DNA of 64,000 nucleotides from an uncultured Candidatus Binatia bacterium (GTDB lineage Bacteria > Desulfobacterota > Binatia > UBA9968 > JAJDTQ01). The stretch covers positions 2,304,001 through 2,368,000 of the forward strand of contig OZ219754.1 in assembly GCA_964291295.2 (NCBI GenBank), in the 5' to 3' direction. The position numbers and the translations under genes are program-made. This document shows, in pieces, positions 42,112-54,200 of this stretch; the first letter of the stretch is position 1, and the number at the start of each line of letters is the position of its first letter. The notes under the pieces were generated by a model. It did not search any database. It was not told where the DNA came from and worked only from the letters and a program-made list of their open reading frames with translations.

Positions 42112-42875
42112 CTCTCTCCCAACGCATCGCCCTCGTCACCGGGGCCGCCACCGGCATCGGCCGCGCCACGGTCCTGGGCCTGGCCCGGGCCGGAGCGGCG
42201 GCAGTCGCCGTCAACTATCGGTCGGCCCGCGGCAAGGCGGAGGCGCTGGCGGCGGAAGTGCGGGAACTGGGCGCGGAGGCCCTTTGCGTGCACGGCGACG
42301 TGAGGGATGATGCGCACGTCCGCGGCATGGTCCGGCAGACGGTGGAACGGTTCGGACGTCTGGACGTCCTGGTCAACAATGCCGGCGTCACCCGCTGGGT
42401 GCCCATCACCGACATGGATGCGTTGACGGACGAGGTCTGGGACGTGACCCTGGACGTCAACGTCAAGGGCGCGTACCGCTGTGCCCGGGCGGCGGCGGCG
42501 CATCTGAAGGCCACGGGGGGCATGATCGTCAACGTCTCCTCGATCTCCGGCGTCATCGCCCCTGCCACCATGTCGTCTCTCGCCTACGGCACCGCCAAGG
42601 CCGGGCTCATCTATCTGACCCGGGGACTCGCCGTGGCCCTGGGCCCCGAAGTCCGGGTGAACGCCGTGGCGCCGGCGTTCACCGACACCCCGTGGATGCG
42701 CGGCCACTACGGCGAGGACTATGAGGACGTCATCCGGCGCGCCTCCGCCAACTACCCGTTGAAGCGGGTGGCCAGGCCGGAAGAGGTGGCGGGCGCCATC
42801 ATGGGCCTGATCACGGGCGGGGATTTCGTTACCGGCCAGACCCTGCTGGTGGACGGCGGCCTGAGCCTGGCCTAG
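42108..42875 (+). CDS. SDR family oxidoreductase
   Basis: TGAATGIG, NNAG, YGTAK and TGQTLLVDGG motifs; ATGA overlap. Confidence 0.93.
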   Translation: MTLSQRIALVTGAATGIGRATVLGLARAGAAAVAVNYRSARGKAEALAAEVRELGAEALCVHGDVRDDAHVRGMVRQTVERFGRLDVLVNNAGVTRWVPITDMDALTDEVWDVTLDVNVKGAYRCARAAAAHLKATGGMIVNVSSISGVIAPATMSSLAYGTAKAGLIYLTRGLAVALGPEVRVNAVAPAFTDTPWMRGHYGEDYEDVIRRASANYPLKRVARPEEVAGAIMGLITGGDFVTGQTLLVDGGLSLA

Positions 42876-42956
42876 CAGCCCGCGCCGCGGAGAATTTTCA
42901 CGGAACGGAGATCCACCACAGTGCCAGCGGGTGTGCAACCGGCCAAGAGAGACACG

Positions 42957-43625
42957 ATGAACCGGACGGAACTGATGACCGCCATGCAGGCGCATCGCCT
43001 GGTGGCCGTGATTCGTTCCAGAACCGCCGAAGAGGCGCTGGCCACGGCGCGGGCCGTGGGCGAGGCGGGCGTTCGCTTCGTGGAGGTCACCTTCAGCGTG
43101 CCGGGCGCCGTGGATGTGATGCGCGCGCTGTCCGACGAGGGGCAGGTGCATGTGGGCGCGGGCACGGTGCTGTCCGAGGGGCAGGCGCGCGCCGCCATCG
43201 AAGCGGGTGCGCGGTTCATCGTCTCGCCCAGCCTGGAACTGGAGTTGGTGCCGCTCTGCCGCGAGGCCGGAGTGGCGTCCATCCCCGCGGGCGCGACCCC
43301 CACCGAAGTGGTTCGGGCGATCCGTGCCGGCGCGGACCTGGTGAAGATCTTTCCGGCGGACTGCGTGGGCGGGCCGCGCTTCATTCGGCAGCTGCGGGGA
43401 CCCTTCCCCGAGGCCCGCTTCATGGTCTCGGGCGGCGTCCACGAGGACAACGTGTCGGAGTACGCGGCGCTGGGCGTCACCGGCATCGTGCTGGGCAGCG
43501 CCTTTCTGGCCGAAGTGCTGGCGCGGGAAGGTCACGGCGGCCTGGTGGCCCGGGCCGGGGAGTTCGTGGGACGGGTGAACGCGGCGCTGGCGTCGGCGCG
43601 CCCCTCTCCGGAACCTGCTTCCTGA
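42957..43625 (+). CDS. KDPG/KHG aldolase family
   Basis: VAVIR, EVT, GAGTV, FIVSP, TPTEV, KIFPA and SGGV motifs. Confidence 0.92.
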   Translation: MNRTELMTAMQAHRLVAVIRSRTAEEALATARAVGEAGVRFVEVTFSVPGAVDVMRALSDEGQVHVGAGTVLSEGQARAAIEAGARFIVSPSLELELVPLCREAGVASIPAGATPTEVVRAIRAGADLVKIFPADCVGGPRFIRQLRGPFPEARFMVSGGVHEDNVSEYAALGVTGIVLGSAFLAEVLAREGHGGLVARAGEFVGRVNAALASARPSPEPAS

Positions 43626-43670
43626 GAGGATGACATAGGATGACGCCCGGGCTGTACGGCAGGGAGAACC

Positions 43671-44660
43671 ATGGCAAACATCGAACTGACGCTGGCATGC
43701 GAGGACTACGACCGCACCCGGGCCCTCAAGGACGGGCGGGTGAAGCCCGCGGGCATCGATCTCCGCTACGTGACCTTGCCGGTGGAGGAGATCTTCTGGC
43801 GCATGCTCCGCTTCCAGGAGTTCGATGCCGCCGAAATGTCCATGGGGGCGTACCACGTGGACGCCTCCCGGGGCCATCGGCCGTTCATCGCCATCCCGGT
43901 GTTCCCTTCCCGCATGTTCCGGCACCGCTGCATTTTCGTCAACACCGCTTCGGGGATCCGAACGCCCGAGGATCTCAAGGGCCGGCGCGTGGGCGTACCC
44001 GAATACACCATGACCGCGTCCGTGTGGGTGCGGGGCATGCTGCAGCACGATTTCGGTGTGGCGGCCCGGGATGTCCACTGGGTCCAGGGCGGCGTCGAGC
44101 AGCCCGGACGCAGGGACCGCGTGCCGTTCGACGCCCCCGAAGGGGTCGAGATCGATACCGAGGAGGCCCGGACCCTCGACGACATGCTCGAGAAGGGCGA
44201 CATCGACGCGCTGGTGTCGGCGCGCATGCCTGGCTGTTTCGTGCGGCGGGTTTCCGGCATCGCCCGGCTGTTCGAGGATTGCCGCGCGGCCGAAATGGAC
44301 TACTTCCGCCGCACCGGTCTGTTCCCCATCATGCACTGCGTGGTGGTGCGCCGGGATATCTACGAGGCCCATCCCTGGGTGACCCAGAACCTTTACAAGG
44401 CGTTCTGTGAGGCCAAGGAACTGTGCGTGTCGCAGATCTACGACACCAACGTGCTGCGCACGCACCATCTCTGGTACCTGTTCGAGTACGAGGACACCGT
44501 GGATCTCATGGGCGAGGACTACTGGCCCTACGGTTTCGAGAGCAACCGCAAGACCCTGGAGACCTTCCATTCCTATCTGTTGGAGCAGGAGGTGATCAGG
44601 AATCCCGTGGACCTGGAAAGCCTGTACGCGCCCAACACCCGTGATGCCTTCAAGATCTGA
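43671..44660 (+). CDS. 4,5-dihydroxyphthalate decarboxylase-like / SsuA-THI5-fold protein
   Basis: LTLACEDYDRT, EIFWRM, PVFPSRMFRH, FPIMH and WPYG motifs. Confidence 0.82.
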   Translation: MANIELTLACEDYDRTRALKDGRVKPAGIDLRYVTLPVEEIFWRMLRFQEFDAAEMSMGAYHVDASRGHRPFIAIPVFPSRMFRHRCIFVNTASGIRTPEDLKGRRVGVPEYTMTASVWVRGMLQHDFGVAARDVHWVQGGVEQPGRRDRVPFDAPEGVEIDTEEARTLDDMLEKGDIDALVSARMPGCFVRRVSGIARLFEDCRAAEMDYFRRTGLFPIMHCVVVRRDIYEAHPWVTQNLYKAFCEAKELCVSQIYDTNVLRTHHLWYLFEYEDTVDLMGEDYWPYGFESNRKTLETFHSYLLEQEVIRNPVDLESLYAPNTRDAFKI

Positions 44661-45144
44661 GCGCGGAGTGTTGCGTCGCTACCGACATCCTGGATCACCT
44701 GTCGCAGGCGCAGGTTGTCCGTGCCGGCAGGCTTCATTCCACATGGGCAGGCAACACCATCTTGGAGAGGCCTCGAGAAACCCTTTGTTCGCCAGGTGAC
44801 AGGTGCGGCGGAGAGTCATGGCAATCACGAGAGTCACTCATGGCCGGTCGGTGTGGTTGGCGCCTTTTGCATCGGGAAGCTTGGCAAGACGAACTGAATC
44901 GCGAGGGACTCGCCAATGCCGTGGCGATGCATGGACCCGGCGGGGCTTGCAATCCGGTTGCGATATCGGTAGACAGTTTCCGTTTTCGGGTAATCATGCG
45001 CGTTCGAGCGAGGGCTGGACGCAGTTCAAAACGCGGTTCAGATTCGGTTCAGGCAACCGGCTCAGGTAACCACTCAGGTAACCAAATGGACGACAAAAGG
45101 CCTGACAAGTTTATGGCTGTTCGGCCAGGATTCTCGAACCCTGT

Positions 45145-45165
45145 CCCCCCCCCCCCCCCCCCCCC
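45145..45165 (+). repeat. C21 homopolymer upstream of the giant ORF
   Basis: Counted directly. Confidence 0.9.
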
Positions 45166-45242
45166 GATATTTTGGACAGGCGGCGGCCGGACGTCGTGTC
45201 CGCGGAGAATCGCGTCCGCAGAAACCCGTCGCGGGTGAGCCG

Positions 45243-48200
45243 ATGACCGCGCCAGCGCCAGCAGTCCATGGTGGGCGTGAACGTCGCGCCGGGAGCGGCA
45301 AGGCGATGCAGCCAGGCAGGGTGGCGGCCGATCACTTGGCTGCCAGTGCTAGTAGCCCCGGACCGCTCGGGCGGCTGGCGGCGGCAACGTTCCGCCGCCT
45401 GCGGCCGCTTTCTTCCCGCTGCCGCGCGGGCAGCGCCGCCTTCCGCCCGCCGGCGCTGGCCGCCGTTCTCCTGTTCGCGCTGAGCGCGGGCCTTGCGCCC
45501 CAGGCGGCGCATGCCACGTGGGGGGTCTTGACGGCCACCCCGGGCGATGGGCAGGTTACGCTGAACTGGACCTGGACGCACTCACGACCTAACACCAGCT
45601 GGTGGTGGTTCAGGTATGTAAGAGCTGGCCAACCTTATCACGAGTATAACGTCGTTCGTGGGATCGGCTCCATTTACGACTCAAAGTACAACCTGATTGG
45701 GGCTCATCATCGCACCCAGACGATTACCGGACTCACCAATGGGGTCGAGTACGTGTTTGAGGTACACGCCCATATTCCTAATACGGCTTTGGAGGTGAGG
45801 GCGACCCCGTCGCGCTATCCCATTGCCCCGAAGGGCGTCACCGCGACGCCGGGAACCAGCCAGGTCACCTTGTCCTGGGACGCTCATAACGACTCGCGCG
45901 TCACGCGCTGGGAGTACGAGCAGACCAGCGGGGGCACAACCGGGAACTGGAAGAAGATCTCCGCGAGCAATGCCTCAACCACCAGCCACACGGTGACGGG
46001 TCTGACCAACGGCACGCGGTACGGCTTCAGGGTCCGCGCGGCAAGCGATGGTCTCGGCGCCCCGTCGGCCTCCGTGTTCGCAACGCCACGGCCCGCTCCC
46101 TGCGCTTTGAGAATTGCCAGTGTCAGTGGGCCGGGTCCGACGGTCGCGTTCCGTTGGGGGCCCACCAAGGCAAATTGCGGCGACATCAGCCGGACGCAGG
46201 TTCAGAAGAAACTCGCCAGCAGCCCGGACTGGAGCGGGAGTGTCTGGGAAACCCTGTCCACGAATTTCTATCGAAACTCCGGTGTCGCATTTACCGTGGA
46301 CGACACCTTGCGGGTGAGTCTTGCCGAGGGCAACAGCTACCATGTGCGCGTCCGCGCGGTCAACGAAGGCCTCACCGTCACGTCCGAGGAAGGCGTCGCC
46401 GGCCCGCCGTCCTCGGAAACTCTTCTGTGGCTCGGTCCTCCAGGGTCTCCAACCGGGCTGAAAGCCGCGCCCTTTCAGGCTGCGATCCAGCTCACCTGGA
46501 ACCAGCAGGCGTCAGGACAGAAGGTGACCGGATGGGATGTTCGGAGGAAGGAGGGCGCCGGCAGTTACGGCGAATGGGGCCGTATTACGGGTTCCGGCGC
46601 GAACACCGTCCTCCATTCGGCGAGCGGGCTGACGTCCGGGGTCGACTACACGTTTCAGATTCGGGCGGTGAACGCCGCCGGCGACGGTCGGGCTTCCGAA
46701 GAAGTGACCGAAACGCCGACCGGCGTGACGATCTCCCAACCCGCGCTGACGGTAGAAGAAGGTAGCAGCAGCACCTATACGGTGGTGCTTGATGCCGAGC
46801 CGTCGGCCGACGTCACGGTGACCGTGGGCGGCGCTGCGGCCGGCGTGTCGGTGAATCCGCCGTCGCTGGTCTTCTCGCTGCTGAACTGGAACCAGCCGCA
46901 GACGGTCACGGTCTCCGCGGCCGAGGACGACAACGCGGTTTCCGAACCGGTGACACTGACCCACAGCGCCAGCGGCGGAGGCCTGGACTCGGTGCCCATC
47001 CGCGCGGTCGTGGTGACCGTGACGGAGAACGAAACGGCCGGATTCGCCCTGTCGGAGTCCGATCTGGAGCTGGAGGAGGGCGAGTCCGGCTCCTGGACGG
47101 TGGCGCTGACCTCCGAGCCGACCGCCGATGTGACGGTCACCATCAGCGGCGCCCCGAGCGGCGTGACGGTGACTCCGCCCACGCTGACGTTCACGGCCGC
47201 GGACTGGCAGACGCCGCAGATGGTGACGGTCGCGACGGTCGACGATGAAGACGCGGCGCCGTTGCCCGCGGTGACGCTGACCCACAGCGCGTCCGGCGGC
47301 GACTACGGCTCGCTCACCGCCTCGGTTGCGTTGACCGTGACCGAGAACGAGACGGCTGGGCTGACGTTCTCGGATGGCGACAAGGAGATCAGCCAGCTGG
47401 AGGTCATCGAGGACGGGTCGGGCAACTACATGGTGGCGCTGACGTCCGAGCCGACCGCCGATGTGACGGTGACCATCACGCCGGGGCCGGGCGACGTGAC
47501 GGTGCAGTCGGGGTCGCTGACCTTCACTGCCCTCAACTGGAGCGCCGCGCAGCAGGTGGTTGTCCTCGCGGCCGAGGACGACGACGCGAAGACGGATCCT
47601 GCGGTGACACTGACCCACAGTGCGTCCGGCGGCGATTACGGCTCGGTGACCGGCGCGCTCACGGTGGCCGTGCTGGAACATGATCCGCCCGGGAAGCCCG
47701 TGAACTTCAGCGCGACGGCGGGCGACAGCCAGGTGACGCTGTCCTGGAACGATCCGCAGAATCCCGACATCAGCGGCTGGGAGTTCCAGCAGGCCGTGCG
47801 CGGCGCCAGCTTCGGCGCGTGGACGCCCATCCCCGATTCCGGCGCCGCGACCACCAGCCACACGGTCACGGGTCTGACCAACGGCGTCTTCTACAGTTTC
47901 AAGCTCCGCGCCGTCGCCCAGCTCCGGGAGTCCCTCAGGGGGGAGAAGGAAGACGCCGAGGGCGTCAGCTCCGACGAGATCAGCGCGCTGCCGCGCCGGG
48001 TGGGCAAGAACGTCACCCTGTTCGTCTCCGACGCACAAATTGAAGAAGGACAGGCCGGCACGACACCTGTCCTGATCCGTCTCGTTCTCGGTGAGCCGGC
48101 GCCCGCTGGCGGGCTCGGCCTCGCCTTCGAGGTCGATGGAACCTCGACGGCAACGGCGAGCGCGCCGGTCGCGACCAGTTGCTCGGCGCCGAACCCGATG

Positions 48201-51200
48201 GATGCGGACATGTGCTGGCCGCGGGGCGCCCGTGTTCTTGTGCCCGCAGCCCAGGACGTTGCCGTGCATCAAGTCGCTGTCCGAGGCGACCGGGCGATCG
48301 AGCCGAACGAGACCCTCGTGCTGAATGTCGTGCCCGCCATCGATGGCTGGACCGGGGACTCGGCCACCATCACCATCGTCGACGACGAGGTGGCGCCCGC
48401 CGCGCCGACGGGCCTCGCCGCCGCGCCGCGCAACGGACAGGCGCTCCTCACCTGGGACGACCTGGGGAATCCCGGCATCACGCGCTGGGAGTTCCAGCAG
48501 AAGGAAGGCTCGGGCGGCAGCTACGGCGGCTGGATGGCCATCCCGGGTTCCGATGCCGCCACCACCAGCCACACGGTGACGGGCCTGACCAACGGCACGG
48601 AGTACGGCTTCAAGGTGCGCGCGGTGAGCCCGCGCGGCAACGGCGCCGAATCGGCCGAGGCGACGGTGACGCCGGGAGCGGTTCCCGCCGCGCCCACTGG
48701 CTTCAGGGCGACCCCAAGCGACGCGCAGCTAGAGCTGTTCTGGGATGCTGCCCCAGACAACTCCGGCATCCTTCGTTGGGAAGTGCGGTTCAGGAAGGAC
48801 AGTGAGGACTACCAACAACCGTGGGCGCCGATCCCGGGCGGCGCCGCAACAACGGAATTGGGGCCGCTCACCGCCGAAAACGGCGTCGTTTACACCTACC
48901 AGTTGCGCGCAGTGAATGCCGCCGGCCCCGGGGAGGCCGCCGAACTGACCGTGAAGCCTCTCCCTCCCTTGCCTAGGAAGCCGGCGGCGCTGAAAGCGAC
49001 CGCTGGCAACGCGCAGGTGGCTCTCGCCTGGGATCATCCCCTTCTCCCCCCTCCGAATGATCTACGCAAGTACGAACTCCAGCGCAAGCAAGGCGCCAGC
49101 GGCAGCTATGGCGCCTGGACGCGGGTCGACATCGTTCGGGAAGATCTGGGACGCCTTCGGTACGAGGCGCGCCATGTGGTCACGGGCCTGACCAACGGCG
49201 CGACCTACAGCTTCAGGGTGCGCGAGTTGAATGAGGCCGGCGCCGGCCCCGCGTCGGACGAGGTGACGGTGACGCTGCCGGCCGTCGTGCCCGCTGAACC
49301 GACCGGAGTCCGCGCCATCGCCAGCAACCGTCAGGTGCTGCTGCGCTGGGACGACCCGAACAACCCCGGCATCACCCGCTGGGATTTCCAGGGGAAGGAA
49401 GGCGCCAGCGTCAGCTACGGCCCCTGGGCGCCCATCCCCGGTTCCGACGCCTCCACCACCAGCCACATGGTCACCGGTCTGACCAACGACACCGTCTACG
49501 CCTTCAAGGTGCGCGCGGTGAACGCGACCGGCAACGGCGCCGAGTCTTCCGAGGTCACGGCGACGCCGGTCGCCGTGCCGGCGCCGCCGTCGGGCTTCCG
49601 GGCGACGCCGGACCACCGCAGCGTGATCCTGACCTGGGACGACCCGAAGGACAGCAGCATCACGCGCTGGCAGGTCCGGTTCTTGCCGGAGACAGAGGAG
49701 TTCCAGGATGCGAACTCGAACTGGCTGGACATCCGCGGTTCCGGCGCGACCACCACGCGGCACGAAGTAGGGCGCTTGCCGTCTGGCCAGATCCACCGCT
49801 TCCAGGTGCGTGCTGTCAGCAATGCCGGCGTCGGGCCCGCGTCGGACGAGGCGCTCGCCGGCCCGACGGATCCCGGCGTGACCGTCTCGACCTCCAGCCT
49901 GACCGTGGAGGAGGGCGGCAGCGGCGAGTACACGGTGAAACTGAACACCTCGCCCCTGGGCCGCCAGGTGGTGATCGCCGTGGCCGGCGCGTCCGGCGAG
50001 CTGAGCGCGGCGCCGGCGACCCTCACCTTCACCGGCACGAACTGGATGGAAGCGCAGACGGTCACGGTGACCCTGGCCGAGGACGGCGACGCGCAGACCG
50101 ATGCCGCGCAGACCCTGACCCACAGCGCCCGGGGCGGCGGCTACGACCATGTGGACATCGCCTCGGTGGTGGTGACGCTGGCGGAGAACGACCCGCCCCT
50201 GAAACCGGCGAACTTGCGCGCCATCGCAGGCAATGGCCAGGTCATGCTGCGCTGGGACGACCCGGAGAATCCCGACATCACCGGCTGGGAGTTCGCGCAG
50301 AAGACGGGCGACGGCAGTTACGGCAGCTTCACGGCCATTTCCGGTTCCGACGCTGAGACCACCAGCCACACGGTGACGGGGCTGACGGACGGCACGCGGT
50401 ACGGCTTCAAGGTCCGCGCCGTGAGCGCCGTCGGCAACGGCGCCGAGTCGGACGAGGCGACCGCGACCGCGGGGCGGCCGAGTCTGGGCGTGGCGGACGT
50501 GACGGCGGCCGAGGACGGCACGTTCACCTTCACGGTGACGCTGGATCCGGCGGCGCCGGCGGACGTGACCTTCAAGTACGCAGTGACCGCGGAGAACGAC
50601 GACACGGCGACGGCGGACACGGACTTCACCGAGGTGGCGGCGACCGCGGCCACCATTTCGGCGGGCGACACCACCTTCACGTTCACGGTGACGGTGGCCG
50701 ACGACAAGCTCGACGAGGACGACGAGACCTTCACCGTGACGCTGTCGGAGCCGTCCGCCAACGCCCAGCTCGGCGACGCCGCGGCGACCGGCACGATCAC
50801 CGACAACGACGCCTCGCCGGTGCTGGCCGATATCGACAACCTCACGCTCAGGCTCGGCCGGACCGTGGACATCACCGCCACGGCGACGGACGCCGACGCC
50901 GGCGACACGATCACCTACGCCTGGACGCGCAAGGCCGGCGAGACCACGCCGCCGCTGCCGGGCAGCCCGGACCTGGGCCAGGCCCGGCTCAGCTTCACCC
51001 CGACCGAGGCCGGCGTCTACACGATGACGGTGACGGCGAGCGACGGCGACAGCAACGGCAACAAGCACGGCAACACGGACACCGGGGAAGTGGTCATCAC
51101 CGTGGTCGGCAAGGCCGCGGTGTCCGTGCCGGCGGCGCTGTCCGTCACCGAGGGCACGGACACGAACGCCACGGTGACGGTGACCACCGAGGAGGCGTTC

Positions 51201-54200
51201 GGCGAGGACGTGACCTTCGACGTGAGCTACGGCGGCACAGGCGCCACCGGGGCGACCAATCCGGCGGACGGCGACTACGACAACGACGCCGTGACATCGG
51301 TGACGTTCTCGGGCGCCGACACCACGAAGACCATCGCGATCCCGCTCAACGACGACGGGCTCGACGAGGACGACGAGACCTTCACGGTCACCATCGTGCT
51401 GGCGGAGGGCAGCGCCCTGCCGGCCGGTTTCGCGCCCGGCAACCTCACGACGACGGTGACGATCGTCGACAACGACCACTCGCCGGTGCTGCCCGACTAT
51501 CCACCCACCGGAACGACCCGGGTGGGCCAGGCGGTGGATCTCTCGGCCGAGGCGACGGACGAGGACGGCGACGCCATCACCTACGTCTGGACGCGCAAGG
51601 CCGGCGAGACCACACCGCCGCTGCCGGACGGCACGAACCTGAATCAGGCCCGGCTCCTCTTCACTCCGACCGAGACCGGCGCCTACACGATGACGGTGAC
51701 GGCGAGCGACCCGTACGGCAACACCGACACCGCGACGGTGGCCCTCACGGTGGTCCGGGCGCACGTGGTCTCGGCGCCGGCGGCGCTGTCGGTGACCGAG
51801 GGCACGGACGCGAACGCCACGGTTACGGTGACCACGGAGGCCGCGTTCGGCGAGGACGTGACCTTCAACGTGAGCTACGGCGGCGCCAGCGCGACCGGCG
51901 CGGCCGATCCGGCGAACGGCGACTACGAGAACGACGCCGTGACATCGGTGACGTTCTCGAGCGCCGAGACGACGAAGGACATCGCGGTCCCGATCACGGA
52001 CGACGACCTCGACGAGGACGACGAGACCTTCACGGTCACCGTCGCCCTGCCGGAGGGAGCCTCCCTGCCGGCCGGCTTCGCGCCCGGCAACCTCGCGACC
52101 ACGGTGACCATCGCCGACGACGACGCCTCTCCGGTGCTGGCGGAGATTGCGGACCAGAGGATCACGCTGGGCGAGGCCGTGGACATCACGGCATCCGCCA
52201 CGGACGAGGACGGGGACACGGTGACCTACGTCTGGACGCGCAAGGCGGGCGAGACGACGCCGTCGCTGCCGGACGGCACGGCGGAAAATGTGGCGCGCCT
52301 GACGTTCACGCCGCCCGCGCTCGGCGCCTATACGTACACGGTGACGGCCTCGGACGGCAACGGCAACACGGACACCGAGGAGGTGACGATCCGGGTGGTG
52401 GCGGCCGTGACGCCGCCGGTACTGACCGGGGCCACTTCGTCGAGCGCCGCCGTGGTCACGCTCACCTGGACGCATTCCGGCACGGCCCCGGGCGATTTCA
52501 TCGGCGACCCCGGCGGCGCTCCGCAGATCTACTGGGAGGCGGAGCACCGGCTGAAGGGCGCCGGCGACAGCGACTGGGACGACTACTCGAACCCCAGCCC
52601 CGCCGTGGGCGGAGGCAACACCCGGCGCACCATGGCGGTCACCGTGGTGAGCGATTACCCGGATGGCGCGACGGTCGAGTGGCGGGTGCGGGCCTCGGTC
52701 GGCGGCGGTTTGGTTGGTCCCTGGTCGAACGTTCGGGAAGTTACGCTGCAGAACAGCGAGTTGGCGGCGCTGACACTGACCGGGGCGCCGGTGGCGGTGG
52801 CGCCGGGTTCCAGCAAGACCTACACGGTGGCCCTGACCGAGGCGTTTGCGGGCACGCTCAGGATCACGAGTTCGGACACGGCGACGGCGACGGTCAATCC
52901 GCCCAGCCTGACGTTCACGGCGCAGAACTACAACGTGGCGCAGGACGTGACGGTGACCGGCGTCAAGGCCGGCAGCGCCACCACCGGCCATGCCTTCCGT
53001 CTCACCGGCGCTGCGGCGGATGCGATTCCGAACGCCGGCACGGTGGCGGTGACGGTGGTCGCCACACCCGCCGCGCCGGCGGGCCTGACGGCGACAGCGG
53101 GTGACGCGCAGGTGGAGCTGTCGTGGACCGATCCGGTCAATGCCAGCATCACCGGCTGGGAGTTCCAGCAGAAGGAAGGCGCCGCCGGCAGCTACGGCGC
53201 CTGGACGGCGATCTCCAATTCGGACGCCGAGACCACGAGCCATACGGTGACGGGTCTGACCAACGACACGCTCTATGGCTTCAAGGTGCGCGCGGTGAAT
53301 GGAGCGGGCGACGGCGCGGCCTCGGCCGAGGTCACGGCGACGCCGAAGAAGCCGGTTTCGCTGAGCATCGCGGACGTGACGGCGCTGGAGAACGCGGGCA
53401 CGATGTCGTTCACGGTGACAGCGGACCCGGCCCCGGCCGCGCCGATCACGTTCAGCTACACGGTGACGGCGGTGACGGCGGCACCACCGGCGGAAAGCGA
53501 CACGGCGACGGCGGGCGCGGACTTCACGGAGGTGGCGACGGCGACCGAGGTGACCATCGCGGCGAGCGCCACCACGGCGACGATCGCGGTGACGGTGGCG
53601 GACGACGCCCTCGACGAGGACGACGAGACCTTCACGGTGACGCTGTCGGGGCAGTCCGCCGGCGTGCTCCTGGGCGACGCCACGGCGACGGGCACGATCA
53701 CCGACGACGACGCCTCTCCGGTGCTGGCGGAGATTGCGGACCAGAGGATCACGCTGGGCGAGGCCGTGGACATCACGGCATCCGCCACGGACGAGGACGG
53801 GGACACGGTGACCTACGCTTGGACGCGCAAGGCGGGCGAGACGCCGGCGATTCCGGGCAGCCCGACGCTGGACGCGGCGCGCCTGACATTCACGCCGTCT
53901 GCGATTGGTACCTACACGATGACGGTGACGGCCTCGGACGGCAACGGCAACACGGACACCGAGGAGGTGACGATCCGGGTGGTGGCGGCCGTGACGCCGC
54001 CGGTACTGACCGGCGCCACTTCGTCGAGCGCCGCCGTGGTCACGCTCACCTGGACGCATTCCGGCACGGCCCCGGGCGATTTCATCGGCGACCCCGGCGG
54101 CGCTCCGCAGATCTACTGGGAGGCGGGGCACCGGCTGAAGGGCGCCGGCGACAGCGATTGGGACGACTACTCGAACGCCAGCCCCAGTGTGGGCGGAGGC

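Noticed and set aside
38005-44570. 1321-aa and 855-aa minus-strand ORFs
   Set aside because: Shadows of the hydantoinase cluster.
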